The notes: generated from the sequence alone by a model not told the origin. A stretch of 64,000 nt of DNA from an uncultured Alphaproteobacteria bacterium (GCA_963724715.1 CAVRVV010000009.1:2060578-2124577); one strand, 5' to 3'. Shown: positions 8,647 through 19,402, counted from the stretch's first letter. Numbers and translations are program-made.

Positions 8647-10786
8647 ATGAACACGGCACGGGAATCGGCAGTCCGTCTGCTGAAACTGATGATGGTCGCG
8701 TCGCTGGTGCTGCCGGCGGCGCTCTACGGCTATGCGTCGTGGGTCGGCTATCGCGACATTCATGCCGCCGCCGACGAACGCATCGAGCGTTCGCTCGAAG
8801 TGCAGCAGGAGCAGGCGCTCAAAGTGTTCGAGACCGTCGACCGCACCTTTGCCGAGGTCGACGAGATCGTGCGCGACATGTCCGACGACGAAATTCGTGC
8901 GGCACAGCCGCGCCTGCATCCCCGCCTCGCGCAGATCGCGCAAGTGATGCCGCAGCTGCAAGCGATCGTCCTGATCGGCAGCGATGGCCGGCCGCTGGCG
9001 TCGAGCGCGCTCGAGCGGGTCAAGACCGACAGCAATTTAGCCGACCGCGATTACTTCAAGGCCCAGGTCGACAAGGACGCCGGCACCTACGTGAGCGACG
9101 TGCGCACGCCGCATCTGGCGGGCGTCGGCAGGGATTTCTTCGATCTGTCGCGGCGTATCGACTCGCCGAGCAAGTCGTTCAAGGGCGTTATCGCGGTGGC
9201 GGTGCGGCCGAAATATTTCGAGGATTTTTACACATTGATCGGCCAGACGCATGGCAGCTTCTATTCCCTGGTCCGCGATGACGGGGCCATCCTGGCGCGC
9301 TATCCGGTCCGCAACAATCGCGTGCAACGCTTGAGCCCGACCAGCGGGCTGCGCACGGCCATCGATCGCGGCGTCACCCAAGACATGTTCACCGCCAACT
9401 CCGAGGTCGACGGCATTCCCCGGCGCATCGGCTTTCGCAAGCTTGCCGGCTACCCGGTCTATGCGCTTTCGGGCGTCAGCATCGCCGCGATCAACCACGA
9501 ATGGTTGAGGACAATAGGCATGCACTTGATCTTCGGCTTGCCGGCGACGCTCTTGCTGTTCGCCGTGCTGTGGTTCGCGCTGCGCCGCACCCAGCGCCTG
9601 CACGACGAAGCCGAGCGCCGCGAAATGGCGGAAGGCGCGCTGCACCAGGCGCAGCAGCTGCAAGCCATCGGCCAATTGACCGGCGGCGTCGCCCACGACT
9701 TCAACAATCTGCTGATGATCGTCTCGGGCAGCGTGCAGCGGCTGCGCCGCCACATCAAGGACGAGAAGCATATCCACTTGCTCGACGCGATCACGACAGC
9801 GACGCAGCGCGGCGAGAGCCTGACCCGGCAATTGCTGACATTCTCGCGCCGCCAGACCTTGCAGCCGAGCGTCATCGATCTCGCCGAACAGCTGCCCGAG
9901 ATCAAGGACATGCTCAGCCGCTCGCTGCGTGGCGATATCGAGATCCGCGTCGGCGTGCCGCGGCGGCCGTGCACCGTGAAGGTCGATCCGAGCGAGTTCG
10001 AGCTGGCGCTGCTCAATCTCGCCGTCAATGCCCGCGACGCCATGCCGTCCGGCGGCACGCTGACGCTGACCGCCAAGCCGGTGGTGCTGCGCGGCAAGGC
10101 CAGCGAGGAAGGCCTTTCGGGCGACTTCGTCGCGATCCGTGTCGCCGACACCGGATCGGGCATTCCGTCCGACGTGCTGCCGCGGGTGTTCGAGCCGTTC
10201 TTCACCACCAAGGACATCGGCAAGGGCACCGGGCTGGGCTTAAGCCAGGTCTACGGCTTCGCCCGGCAGTCGGGTGGCGCGGCGACCATCGCCAGTTCGG
10301 CGCGGCGTGGCACCGTCGTCACGCTGTTTTTGCCGCGGACCTGGGAAGCCCCCGCGCGGCCGCAAGAACAATCCGCCGTCGTGCGTGCAAAGAAACACGC
10401 CGGCACCGTGTTACTGGTCGAAGACAATGCGGAAGTCGGCGAGGTCGGCAAGGCCTATTTTGAAGAGCTCGGCTACACGGTCCGGGAAGCGGCGAGCGCC
10501 CAGGCCGGCCTCGATCTCGTCGAACGCGACGGCGACATCGATGTCGTGTTCTCCGACATATCTGATGCCCGGCGGCATGAACGGCCTCGAACTCGCCGAC
10601 GCCATCCGCCGACGGTTTCCGCACATCGTCGTGCTCTTGACCACGGGCTACAGTTCGAGCGCGCAAGACGCCGTGCGCCAAGGTTTTGCCGTGCTGCAAA
10701 AGCCCTACGACCTCGCCGCGCTCGACCGCGCGCTGCGCGAAGCGCAGCGCGCCGAGGCGCCCAAGCCGCAGCCGGCCGTTGGCTGA
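8647..10786 (+). pseudogene. hybrid sensor histidine kinase/response regulator (Cache-like periplasmic domain, HisKA, HATPase, REC) with a +1 frame disruption near 10558-10562
   Basis: Frame 1 (ORF 8647..10959) carries the H-box GGVAHDFNNLL, the HATPase G-boxes and the start of REC (VLLVEDN...DVVFSDI). The rest of REC (LMPGGMNGLELADAIRRRFPHIVVLLTTGYSS...LQKPY) continues in frame 2 (ORF 10274..10786). Removing one nucleotide from gacatatctgatgccc restores DI-LMPGG. Confidence 0.8.
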
Positions 10787-10790
10787 AACC

Positions 10791-10914
10791 TTCTCCCCCG
10801 CTTGCGGGGGAGAAGCCGAGCGAAGCGACGGCAGAGGGGGGTAAGTCTTCACCACCTGGGCAAGCCTCACTGCCGCAAGCCCCCTCCCTACCCTCCCCCG
10901 CAAGCGGGGAGGGA
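10791..10914. repeat. REP-like palindromic element, family A, copy 1
   Basis: Hairpin TCTCCCCCGCTTGCGGGGGAGA, then GCCGAGCGAAGCGA, a G-tract, and CCCTACCCTCCCCCGCAAGCGGGGAGGG. Copies at 14777 and 59607 have the same architecture. Confidence 0.8.
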
Positions 10915-10949
10915 ATCCGCGACCGCGCGCATCCATCCAACAACACACT

Positions 10950-11486
10950 TCACATGTGATGCGGCTCGGGATCGATGCCAAGCGCGGTGAACACCCGGGT
11001 GTGCATGTTGTAGAGCCCGATCAGCACGCTCAGCTCGACGATCTGGCGTTCGTTGAAATGGGCGCGCAGCGCCTCGAACACCTCATCCGGCACGGCGATA
11101 TCGCGGGTCATGGCGTCGGTGTAGTCCAGCGCTGCGCGCTCGCGCGCGCTGAATGTTTCGGCGTTGCGCCAGTCGGCGAGCGCATCGCATTCCGCATCGC
11201 TCAAGCCTTCCGGCGCCGAGAGCTGCGGCACGTGCTGCTTGAACACGTAAGTGGTGCGGTTGAGATGGGCGACGCGGACGATGACGATCTCGCGCAGCCG
11301 ACCGTCAAGTTCGACCTTGAACCGCGCCGCGCTGACGAAGTCGAGCCAGATGGCGGCGAGCGACGGCGAATGGAGGAGTAACTTATAGACATTGATCAGC
11401 GCGCCGCGCCGTCCGGCGCGGATTTTGCCGATCAGCTCGGCGAGCTCGGGGTGATCCTGTTCTTCGATGAGCGAGATGCGGGCCAT
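10950..11486 (-). CDS. carboxymuconolactone decarboxylase (AhpD-like) family protein
   Basis: ORF 10950..11621 trimmed to the ATG at 11486 (MARISLIEEQDHPELAELIGKIRAGRRGALINVYKLLLHSP). This is the typical CMD family layout. Confidence 0.82.
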   Translation of the reverse strand: MARISLIEEQDHPELAELIGKIRAGRRGALINVYKLLLHSPSLAAIWLDFVSAARFKVELDGRLREIVIVRVAHLNRTTYVFKQHVPQLSAPEGLSDAECDALADWRNAETFSARERAALDYTDAMTRDIAVPDEVFEALRAHFNERQIVELSVLIGLYNMHTRVFTALGIDPEPHHM

Positions 11487-11602
11487 GATGTCTTTCGGAA
11501 GCTGGTGCGGGACGCGCGAGGAACACCGACATTCGCATTGGCGCTTACGGGGAACAAGCCGACGCGGCGGCCGTTGCCCTGATGCCGGCCGGATGAAGGG
11601 AC

Positions 11603-11911
11603 ATGCCAATGCCGAGTCCAATGCAGGCGTGGAACGCCTGGTGCGCGTTGTCGCTGCAGACTGCGCGGCTGGGTTGGGAAGCGCAAAACGTCATCGCGCT
11701 CCGCCTGATGCGCATGGCGGCGCAAAGCCCGGGAAACCAAACCGAGGCGCGCCGCATGGTGACCGAGAAAGTGGCGGCGCTCGGCGAAGCGCAAGCCGCC
11801 GCGCACGCGGCCGCCATCAAAGGCGGCAAGAGCCATCGCGTCGCGAAGAAAGTTTTGGGCGTTTACAAGAAGCGCGTGCGTGCCAATCGGCAGCGGCTGA
11901 CGAGAGCGTAG
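11603..11911 (+). CDS. conserved hypothetical small protein
   Basis: 102-aa ORF with high-GC third-position bias. It has a helical Ala-rich sequence and a basic C-terminus. No function is recognisable. Confidence 0.5.
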   Translation: MPMPSPMQAWNAWCALSLQTARLGWEAQNVIALRLMRMAAQSPGNQTEARRMVTEKVAALGEAQAAAHAAAIKGGKSHRVAKKVLGVYKKRVRANRQRLTRA

Positions 11912-11986
11912 CTGGTAGGGCGCTACTTCTTCTCGACAAAAATTTGTTGCCAGTCCGCCGCCGCAGGTGAAGGTGAGAAGATGAAA

Positions 11987-13160
11987 TCAGCTCTCGCCAA
12001 TCTCGCGCAGGATCTCGGCGGTGTGCTCGCCGAGCCGCGGTGCCGGGCGGTCCGACGCCATCGGCGCGCCGTCGAGCACGATCGGGCGTGCGGATGCCGG
12101 GGCTGGTGCCGCCTTTGGCGGCGGGGTTTTTCAGTTCAAGCCGCATGCCGCGATGGATGACTTGAGGGTCGGCGAAGACCTGTTGCAGATCGTTGATCGG
12201 GCCGGCGGGAATGCCGGCGGCTTCGAGCTTGTCCAAGATTTCTTCGCGCTTCATCCGCGACGTCAGCGCGCAAAGCTTGCCGACCAGTTCGGCGCGATGG
12301 GCGAGCCGCCCTTTGTTGTCCTTGTAGGCCTTAACCTCGGCGAGTTGCGGGTCGCCCAGAATGCCGCACAGCTTGACGAATTGCGCGTCGTTGCCGGTGG
12401 CGATGATGACGGCGCCGTCGGCGACCGGAAATTCCTGGTACGGCACCAGGTTGGGATGGGCATTGCCGATGCGCTTGGGGATTTCGCCCGAGACCAGATA
12501 ATTGAGCGCCTGGAACGCCAGCGTGCCGACCGTGGAATTGACCAGCGCACAATCGACATAACCGCCCTTGCCGGTTTTTTCCCGCCGCGCCAGCGCCGCC
12601 AGAATGCCGACCGCCGAATAGACGCCGGAGAAGACGTCGGCAGTCGGCACGCCGACCCGCATCGGCGGGCCGTCGGGCTCACCGGTCATGCCCATGATGC
12701 CGCCGATGCCTTGCGCCATCAGATCGTAGCCGGCGCGCGCCGCAGACGGCCCGGTCTGGCCGAAGCCGGTCACCGAGCAATAGATCAGGCGCGGATTGTC
12801 GGCCGCGAGGCTTGCGTAATCGAGGCCGAATTTCTTCAGGCCGCCGACCTTGAAATTCTCGATCAGCACGTCGGAGCGCGCCACCAGTTTCTTGACGATG
12901 CGCTGGCCCTCGGGCGTGGTGAAATCGGCCTCGACCGAGCGCTTGCCGCGATTGGTGCAGTGAAAATAGGCGGCGCTGAGATGGCCGCCGTCGGCCGCCT
13001 CGACGAAGGGCGGCCCCCAGGCGCGGGTATCGTCGCCCGAGCCGGCGCGCTCGACCTTGATGACGTCGGCGCCGAGATCGGCGAGCAATTGGCCGGCCCA
13101 AGGACCGGCCAGAATCCGGGCCAGCTCCAGCACGCGCAAACCAGCCAACGGACCCGGCAT
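11987..13160 (-). pseudogene. family III CoA-transferase (CaiB/BaiF type) with a frame disruption close to the 3-prime end
   Basis: ORF 11817..13196 trimmed to the ATG at 13160 (MPGPLAGLRVLELARILAGPWAGQLLADLGADVIKVE). After ...GGTSPGIRTP the frame degenerates into an Arg-rich tail. Dropping one base of the GGG run at 12084-12086 gives IVLDGAPMASDRPAPRLGEHTAEILREIGES and a stop at 11987-11989, which is the typical family C-terminus. Confidence 0.8.
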
Positions 13161-13417
13161 GAAACGCTCCCGACCTCGCGCGGCCACGCGCCGCACGGCG
13201 TTTTAAGTGGCGCAGTGGGGCGAATTTGTCCAGGCGGGCGTTCGGGATCAACGCGTCCGATCGGGATGGCGCCCTTGATCGCTTTCTAGGCCTCAAACGC
13301 GTCTTTCGCGGACAGTCCGGCGTTAATTCGGCTTGTTTACAATGCGGCGCGCCGCCAACTTGTCATTGCCTTCAGCGACCATTAGCTAATTCGGGCCGGG
13401 CGGATGGGAAGAATTCG

Positions 13418-14722
13418 GTGAATACGACCTTCTTTAGCGAAATGTTGCAGAGCATCGCCGACCGCGGCCGTGCCCTGATCCAGCGCCGCGAACCGTCGCG
13501 CGAGCGCTCGGCCGGCCTGTTGGAGCTGTGCGAGGCGCTGTTGTCCGGCCGCGGCGAGGCCTCAGGCGTAGCACTGGCCAGCGACATCCTCGCCCGCTAC
13601 GAGGATCTGACCATCGGGCCGCGCATCGCCTTCTTCGAGGCGCTCGCCACCACCTTCGGCTCCGACCGCGCCCGCATCGAGGAGGCGATCAAGGACTGGC
13701 AGGAAGCGCCGTCGGATGAAACCGCGGCCGAGTTGCACCACGCCAGCGAGCCGCGCCGGCTCGAGCTGTTCCGCAGGCTCAATCTCGCCCCCGGCGGCAC
13801 CGCGGCGCTGGTGCGCATGCGCGAGCAACTGATCGACGCCATGGATCACCGCGACGATCTCGGCGTCATCGACAACGATTTCGTTCATTTGTTCTCGTCG
13901 TGGTTCAACCGCGGCTTTCTGGTGCTGCGCCGCATCGATTGGTCGTCGCCGGCGATCATTCTGGAAAAGATCATTCGCTACGAGGCGGTGCACGAAATCC
14001 AGGACTGGGACGATCTGCGCCGCCGCATCGATCCGCCGGACCGGCGCTGCTATGCGTTCTTTCATCCGGCGCTGGTCGACGAGCCGGTGATTTTCGTCGA
14101 AGTCGCGCTGACCCGCGAGACGCCGGCGGCGATCGCGCCGATCCTGTCCGACAAGCGCGATGAGGTCGATCCGGAGCGGGCGACCACGGCGGTGTTCTAT
14201 TCGATCACCAATTGCCAGCGCGGCCTTGCCGGCGTGAGCTTCGGGCATTTTCTGATCAAGCAGGTGGTCGAGGAGCTGTCGCGCGAGTTCGGCCGAGTCG
14301 CGACCTTCGTCACCTTGTCGCCGGCGCCGAATTTCGCCGAATGGCTCAAGCGCGAGCGCGCCAATGCGGCCTCGGTCGCGATCGACGAGGACGATCGCGA
14401 GGTGCTTGCGGCGCTTGACGACGTCAATTGCTGGCGCGTGCCGGAGATCGCCGAACGGATGCGCGAGCCGCTGTTGCGCGCCGCCGCCTGGTATTATGTG
14501 CGCGGCCGCAACCGCCGCGGCCTGCCGCTCGATTCGGTGGCGCGCTTCCATCTCGGCAACGGCGCCCGGCTGGAGCGGCTCAACTGGCCGGGCGACACTT
14601 CGGATCGCGCGCTGGCGCAGTCGTATGGCCTGATGGTGAATTACCTCTACGATCTCGATTACATCGAGAAGAACCACGAGGCTTACGCGCAGCAGCACGC
14701 CGTCGTCGCGCAAACGCGGTGA
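13418..14722 (+). CDS. matA: malonyl-CoA decarboxylase
   Basis: ORF 13226..14722 with start taken at the GTG at 13418 (uncertain). Long colinear similarity from memory to MCD/MatA (LFSSWFNRGFLVLRRIDWSSPA, AVHEIQDWDDLRRR, FYSITNCQRGLAGVSFGHFLIKQVV, NYLYDL). Confidence 0.85.
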   Translation: MNTTFFSEMLQSIADRGRALIQRREPSRERSAGLLELCEALLSGRGEASGVALASDILARYEDLTIGPRIAFFEALATTFGSDRARIEEAIKDWQEAPSDETAAELHHASEPRRLELFRRLNLAPGGTAALVRMREQLIDAMDHRDDLGVIDNDFVHLFSSWFNRGFLVLRRIDWSSPAIILEKIIRYEAVHEIQDWDDLRRRIDPPDRRCYAFFHPALVDEPVIFVEVALTRETPAAIAPILSDKRDEVDPERATTAVFYSITNCQRGLAGVSFGHFLIKQVVEELSREFGRVATFVTLSPAPNFAEWLKRERANAASVAIDEDDREVLAALDDVNCWRVPEIAERMREPLLRAAAWYYVRGRNRRGLPLDSVARFHLGNGARLERLNWPGDTSDRALAQSYGLMVNYLYDLDYIEKNHEAYAQQHAVVAQTR

Positions 14723-14776
14723 CGCGCCTGGTCCATGCGCCAGTGCGCGAAGTCGTGCCGGTTTCGGGCTAAAATT

Positions 14777-14899
14777 TCCTCCCCCTGAAAGGGGGAGGAG
14801 GCGAGCGAAGCGAGAGAGGTGGGGTCCGCGGCGGCTACGCTTGCGCAAGCTTCCCAGCCGCGGACCCCCCGCCCTACCCTCCCCCTTTCAGGGGGAGGA
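14777..14899. repeat. REP-like palindromic element, family A, copy 2
   Basis: TCCTCCCCCTGAAAGGGGGAGGA, GGCGAGCGAAGCGA, a G-tract, then CCCTACCCTCCCCCTTTCAGGGGGAGGA. Confidence 0.8.
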
Positions 14900-14947
14900 C
14901 TATTCTCGGTTCGCTTCCGTCGCAGTCGAACGATGGGGTCGTCCGCC

Positions 14948-15362
14948 ATGCCCAACCTGCACGGCATTCTCGAAACCGTGCTCTACGTCGACAGCTTCGA
15001 GCGCGCCTGCCCGTTCTACGAACAGGTGCTCGGGCTCAACAGCGTCTATCGCGATCAGCGGCTCTGCGCCTATGACGTCGGTGGCCGCGGCTTGCTGCTG
15101 CTGTTCCTGCGCGGCCATTCGCTCGAAACCGTGCACATGCCCGGCGGCACGATCCCGCCGCATGATGGCAGCGGACCGGTGCACATCGCGTTCTCGATTG
15201 GCGCCGACGAGCTTGCCGCCTGGGAAAAAGCAACTTGCCGAAGCCGATGTCGCGATCGAAGGCCGCACCACATGGCCGCGCGGCGGCGTCAGCATTTATT
15301 TCCGCGATCCCGACAATCATCTCGTCGAATTGGCAACGCCGGGATTATGGCCGGGCTATTAG
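14948..15362 (+). pseudogene. VOC/glyoxalase family protein with a frame disruption in an A5 run
   Basis: The N-terminal part MPNLHGILETVLYVDSFERACPFYEQVLGL...HIAFSIGADELAAWEK is in the frame of ORF 14819. The C-terminal part LAEADVAIEGRTTWPRGGVSIYFRDPDNHLVELATPGLWPGY is in the frame of ORF 14841..15362. The switch occurs at the AAAAA run at 15225-15229. Confidence 0.8.
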
Positions 15363-16070
15363 GACTTTCCGTAGACCGACACGATGGCACCGCGGGTGAC
15401 GCGGTTGTCCGGCGAAGCCAGGAACACGATCGTCGCCGCGACCTCTTCGACCTTCGGCCACAGCGCGTAATCGGCCTTCGGCATGGCCTGCCGATTGGCC
15501 GGCGTATCCATGATCGAGGGCGCGACCGCGTTGACCAGAATGCCGTCCTTGGCGACTTCCTCGGCAAGCGCCACGGTCAGCGCCGCGACCGCCGCCTTGC
15601 TCGCGGTGTAAGCCACCATGCCGGCGCCGCTGCGCCATTCCAGGCCGGGGCGCGCGGCGACATTGACGATACGGCCGCCGCTGCCCGCAGCCGTGTTGGA
15701 AGACATGGCGTTGACCGCGGCGCGGCAGCACAGCGCGCAGCTGACGAAATTCATGTCGAGCTGCTGCCGGAGCAGCGCCTCCGTCGTGTCGCGCATCGGC
15801 GCCATGGCAAAACCGCCGGCGATATGGATCGAGGCCCACAGCGGCGCGATGCCTTGGTAGAAGCGGGCCACGACCGCCTCGTCGGCCAGATCGCCGGCGA
15901 CCGCGAGTTGCACGATTCTTGCTCTCTGCAGCCGGACAGCTCTGCTTCTCCGCTTCGTGCAGGCACGGCACGTGACAGATTGCGCCGGCCCCGGCCAAAG
16001 CCTCGACGACGGCGGTGCCGAGCGCGCCCGCGCCGCCGGTGACGACGATATGCCGATCGCGAAAATCCAT
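15359..16070 (-). pseudogene. short-chain dehydrogenase/reductase (SDR) with a frame disruption at about 15915-15955
   Basis: The N-terminus MDFRDRHIVVTGGAGALGTAVVEAL (Rossmann TGxxxGxG) is in the frame of ORF 15345..16070. The remainder (LAVAGDLADEAVV...NVAARPGLE...YTASKAAVAALT...) is in the frame of ORF 15359..16129. Confidence 0.78.
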
Positions 16071-16183
16071 GCCCCATCATCGCCAATCCACGGTGCGAGA
16101 CAAGACGGGTTTTTCGCTTTTCCGCGCATTCGCGGCGAGGCGATTTCCGTGCGCTACGCTATGCTTCGCCTCGGGGGAATCAG

Positions 16184-17695
16184 GTGGCAGATTTCGATCT
16201 CGCGGTCATCGGCGGCGGCATCAATGGCACCGGCATCGCGCGCGATGCCGCCGGCCGCGGCTTGCGGGTCGTGCTGGTCGAGCAGAACGACTTGGCTTCC
16301 GCCACGTCGTCGGCGTCGTCAAAGCTGATCCATGGCGGCTTGCGCTATCTCGAGCACTACGAATTTGGCCTGGTGCGCGCGGCGCTCAAGGAGCGCGAGG
16401 TGCTGTTGCGGGCGGCGCCGCACCTGATCCGGCCGCTGCGCTTCGTGCTGCCGGTGAACGAGGCGCGGCGCTCCGCGCTGGTGCTGCGCCTCGGGCTACT
16501 GCATCTACGACTGGATCGGCTGGCGCCAGATCTTGCCCGGTACGCGTGAGCTCGATCTTTTGACTGACGCGGCCGGCGCGCCGCTGCGGCGCATCTTCCA
16601 TCACGCCTTCGAATATTCCGACTGCTTCGCCGACGATGCCCGCCTTGTCGTCCTCAACGCGGTGGATGCCGCCGAACGCGGCGCCACCATCCGGACGCGC
16701 ACGCGCGCCGTGCGCGCCGAGCGCGGCGACGCCTGGCGGCTCATCGTCAATGCGCGCGGCCGGCGCGAAGAAATGACGGCACGGGTGCTGGTCAATGCCG
16801 CAGGCGCCTGGGTCGAGACGCTGGCCGAGAACGTGCTGCGGCAACGGCAAAAGCCCCATCTGCGCCTCGACAAGGGCAGCCACATCGTGGTGCGCCGGCT
16901 CTACGACCACGACCGCGCCTATATCCTGCAGGCCGCCGACGGCCGCGTCGTGTTCACCATCCCGTTCCAGCACGATTTTACGCTGATCGGCACTACCGAC
17001 CAGACATTTACCGGCGATCCCGCCGCGGTGATGCCCACCGGCGCCGAAATCGAATATCTGTGCGGCGTGGTGAACGAATATTTCCGCAAGGCGCTCGGCG
17101 CCGCCGACGTGGTCATGGGCGTATGCCGGCGTGCGTTCGCTCTATGATGATGGCGCAGGAAAATCGCAGGATGTTCGTTCTCAAGATCTGGGTCGCGAAT
17201 ATGTGCTGAGCCTCGACGAGCGCGCCGGCGAAGCGCCGCTGCTCACGGTCTATGGCGGCAAGATCACGACCTACCGGCGGCTTGCCGAAGACGCCATGGC
17301 GAAGCTTTCGCATTTCTTTCCGCGCACGCGGGCGTGGACCGCACGTAGCGCCTTGCCGGGCGGCGATTTCGTCTATGACGGCATGGAAACGCTGGTGGCG
17401 CGCACGCAGCGGACCTGGCCGTTCCTCAGCGCCGATCATGCGCGCCGTCTCACCTCCACCTACGGCACCCGCGTCGACGACGTGCTCAAGATCCGTGAAG
17501 GATCCGGCCGATCTCGGCACCCGATTCGGCGCCGATCTCACCGCTGCCGAGGTGCGCTATTTGATGACCAAGGAATGGGCGCAAACCGCCGACGACGTGC
17601 TGTGGCGCCGCTCGAAACTCGGCCTGCGTTTTTCCGACGCGCAGCGGGCGACGCTCGATCGTTTCATGGTGCAGGCCAACAGCCCGAGCGTATAA
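16184..17695 (+). pseudogene. glpD: aerobic glycerol-3-phosphate dehydrogenase split over four reading-frame segments
   Basis: The FAD motif DLAVIGGGINGTGIARDAAGRG is in ORF 16184..16549. IYDWIGWRQILPGTRELDL...FEYSDCFADDARLV...DKGSHIVV is in ORF 16533..17147. WAYAGVRSLYDDG...VYGGKITTYRRLAE is in ORF 17131..17733. VKDPADLG...YLMTKEWAQTADDVLWRRSKLG is in ORF 17252..17695. Frame switches occur near 16501, 17113 and 17490. Confidence 0.85.
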
Positions 17696-17718
17696 TTTTT
17701 TACATGCCCTTGCGGTGC

Positions 17719-17764
17719 TTGACAGCTATATAGTCATATAATATGACTATCATCATATATGATG
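17719..17764 (+). promoter_or_regulatory. putative marR promoter with two adjacent perfect palindromes (candidate MarR operators)
   Basis: TTGACA lies at 17719-17724 and TATAAT at 17737-17742, but the spacer is only 12 nt. Palindrome ATAGTCATAT-A-ATATGACTAT is at 17730-17750. The 14-bp palindrome CATCATATATGATG is at 17751-17764, just upstream of the marR ATG at 17778. Confidence 0.6.
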
Positions 17765-17777
17765 AAATGAGGCGCCC

Positions 17778-18287
17778 ATGCCCAAGCAACCGCGGCAGTC
17801 TGGTCGTGCGGCTGCGCGCCCGCGGCAAACCGCAGGCGCCGCTCCGGCCTGGCACGCCATTCCGACCGCCGCGGCGCGCCGCTTGCACCAGATCTGCGTC
17901 GCCAAAAGCTCGGAAATATTCGGCGAATTCGGCCTCACGACGCTGCAATTCGGCGTCATGGTCCATCTCAACAAGATGACCGGCACGCCCGGCATCGAGC
18001 AGAACGTGCTTGCCGCGAGGCTGAACATCGACCGCAACACGGCCAGCGTCACCGTCGAGCAAATGGTGAAATTGGGCGTCGTCGCGCGCCAAGTAAACGG
18101 CGCCGACCGGCGTGCGCGCCTGCTCAGCCTCACCGGGAAAGGCGACAGGATCTACGCCGAACTGCTTCCGGCCTTCAGGATTGCCAACGCCAATGTCCTC
18201 GCGCCGCTTTCGCCGCGCGAGCGCAAGCTGTTCATGACTCTCCTGGTCCGCATCGTCGAAGGAAATCTGCGCGAGCAAAACCGCTGA
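17778..18287 (+). CDS. MarR family transcriptional regulator
   Basis: 169-aa ORF with a winged-helix region (LTTLQFGVMVHLNK...QNVLAARLNIDRNTASVTVEQMVKLGVVARQVNGADRRARLLSLT) typical of MarR. Confidence 0.85.
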   Translation: MPKQPRQSGRAAARPRQTAGAAPAWHAIPTAAARRLHQICVAKSSEIFGEFGLTTLQFGVMVHLNKMTGTPGIEQNVLAARLNIDRNTASVTVEQMVKLGVVARQVNGADRRARLLSLTGKGDRIYAELLPAFRIANANVLAPLSPRERKLFMTLLVRIVEGNLREQNR

Positions 18288-18340
18288 ACGCCGGCCGCAG
18301 CGATCAAACCGCCGGTCAAGCCGTTGTGAAGGAGTTTGAC

Positions 18341-19321
18341 ATGGAGCACATGAAATCTTCCCGTCGGCAATTCTTGAATCTTGCAACAGGCGCCATCGCG
18401 TTGCCGTTCGTGCCGCGGCCGGCAAAAGCCGAATCTTATCCATCACGGCCCGTGCGTGTTCTCGTCGGCTTCAGCCCCGGCGTCACCCCCGACATCAGCG
18501 CGCGCCTGATGGCGCAACGGCTGTCGGATCGGCTCGGCCAGCAGTTCGTTGTCGAGAATCGCACCGGCAGTGCCGGCAACGTCGGCACCGAGCTCGTGGC
18601 GAAAGCGTCGCCGGACGGTTATACGCTCCTCCTCATCACCGCCACCAATGCGATCAACGTGTCGCTCTACGATCATCTCAACTTCAATTTCATCCACGAC
18701 ATCGCGCCGGTCGCGGGCATCTCGCAAGGGCCGCTCGTGGTCGCGGTCAATCCGGCGCTTCCCGCCAAGACCATCGCCGAGCTCATCGCCTACGCCAAAG
18801 CCAATCCGGGCAAGATCAACATGGCCTCCGCGGGCGACGGAACGATCCAGCACGTCGCCGGCGAGCTGTTCAAGATGATGGCCAATGTCGACATGGTGCA
18901 TATTCCCTATCGCAGCAGCTACGTGCCCGATCTGCTGTCCGGACAGGTCCAGATCGCCTTCAATCCGATACCCACTTTGATCGGTTACATCCGCTCGGGC
19001 CAGCTGCGCGCGCTTGCGGTGACCGGCGCCAAGCGGGCGCCGGCGCTGCCCGATGTCCCGACCGTCTCCGAAACCGTGCCCGGCTATGAAGCCGTGAGCT
19101 GGTACGGCTACGGCGCTCCGAGGAACACGCCGGCGGAGCGGATCGAGAAGCTCAACGCCGAAATCAACGCAGCCCTCGCCGAGCCCATCATCGTCGCGCG
19201 CTTGGCCGATTTGGGCGCCGAGCCGATGACGATGACGCCGGCCGGCTTCGGCCAGCTCCTCGCCGACGAGAGCGAGAAATGGAGCAAAGTCGTCAAGGCC
19301 GCCAATATCAAAGTGGAATAG
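18341..19321 (+). CDS. TctC/Bug family substrate-binding protein 4
   Basis: ORF 18326..19321 with start taken at the ATG at 18341, preceded by GAAGGAG at 18328-18334. The signal peptide reads RRQFLNLATGAIALPFVPRPAKAESYPSRPVRVLVGF. Confidence 0.9.
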   Translation: MEHMKSSRRQFLNLATGAIALPFVPRPAKAESYPSRPVRVLVGFSPGVTPDISARLMAQRLSDRLGQQFVVENRTGSAGNVGTELVAKASPDGYTLLLITATNAINVSLYDHLNFNFIHDIAPVAGISQGPLVVAVNPALPAKTIAELIAYAKANPGKINMASAGDGTIQHVAGELFKMMANVDMVHIPYRSSYVPDLLSGQVQIAFNPIPTLIGYIRSGQLRALAVTGAKRAPALPDVPTVSETVPGYEAVSWYGYGAPRNTPAERIEKLNAEINAALAEPIIVARLADLGAEPMTMTPAGFGQLLADESEKWSKVVKAANIKVE

Positions 19322-19402
19322 CCGGCTCAACTTCTGGCAGACTTGTGCGGCACGCGACGCTATTCGAAACTTGCCTGCAGTTCATGCAAAGGATCGCCAG
19401 CG

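Noticed and set aside
10787-10959. The C-terminal extension of the 770-aa histidine kinase ORF.
   Set aside because: It is read-through caused by the frame break at about 10560. It translates a REP element, and the true stop is at 10784-10786 in the +1 frame.
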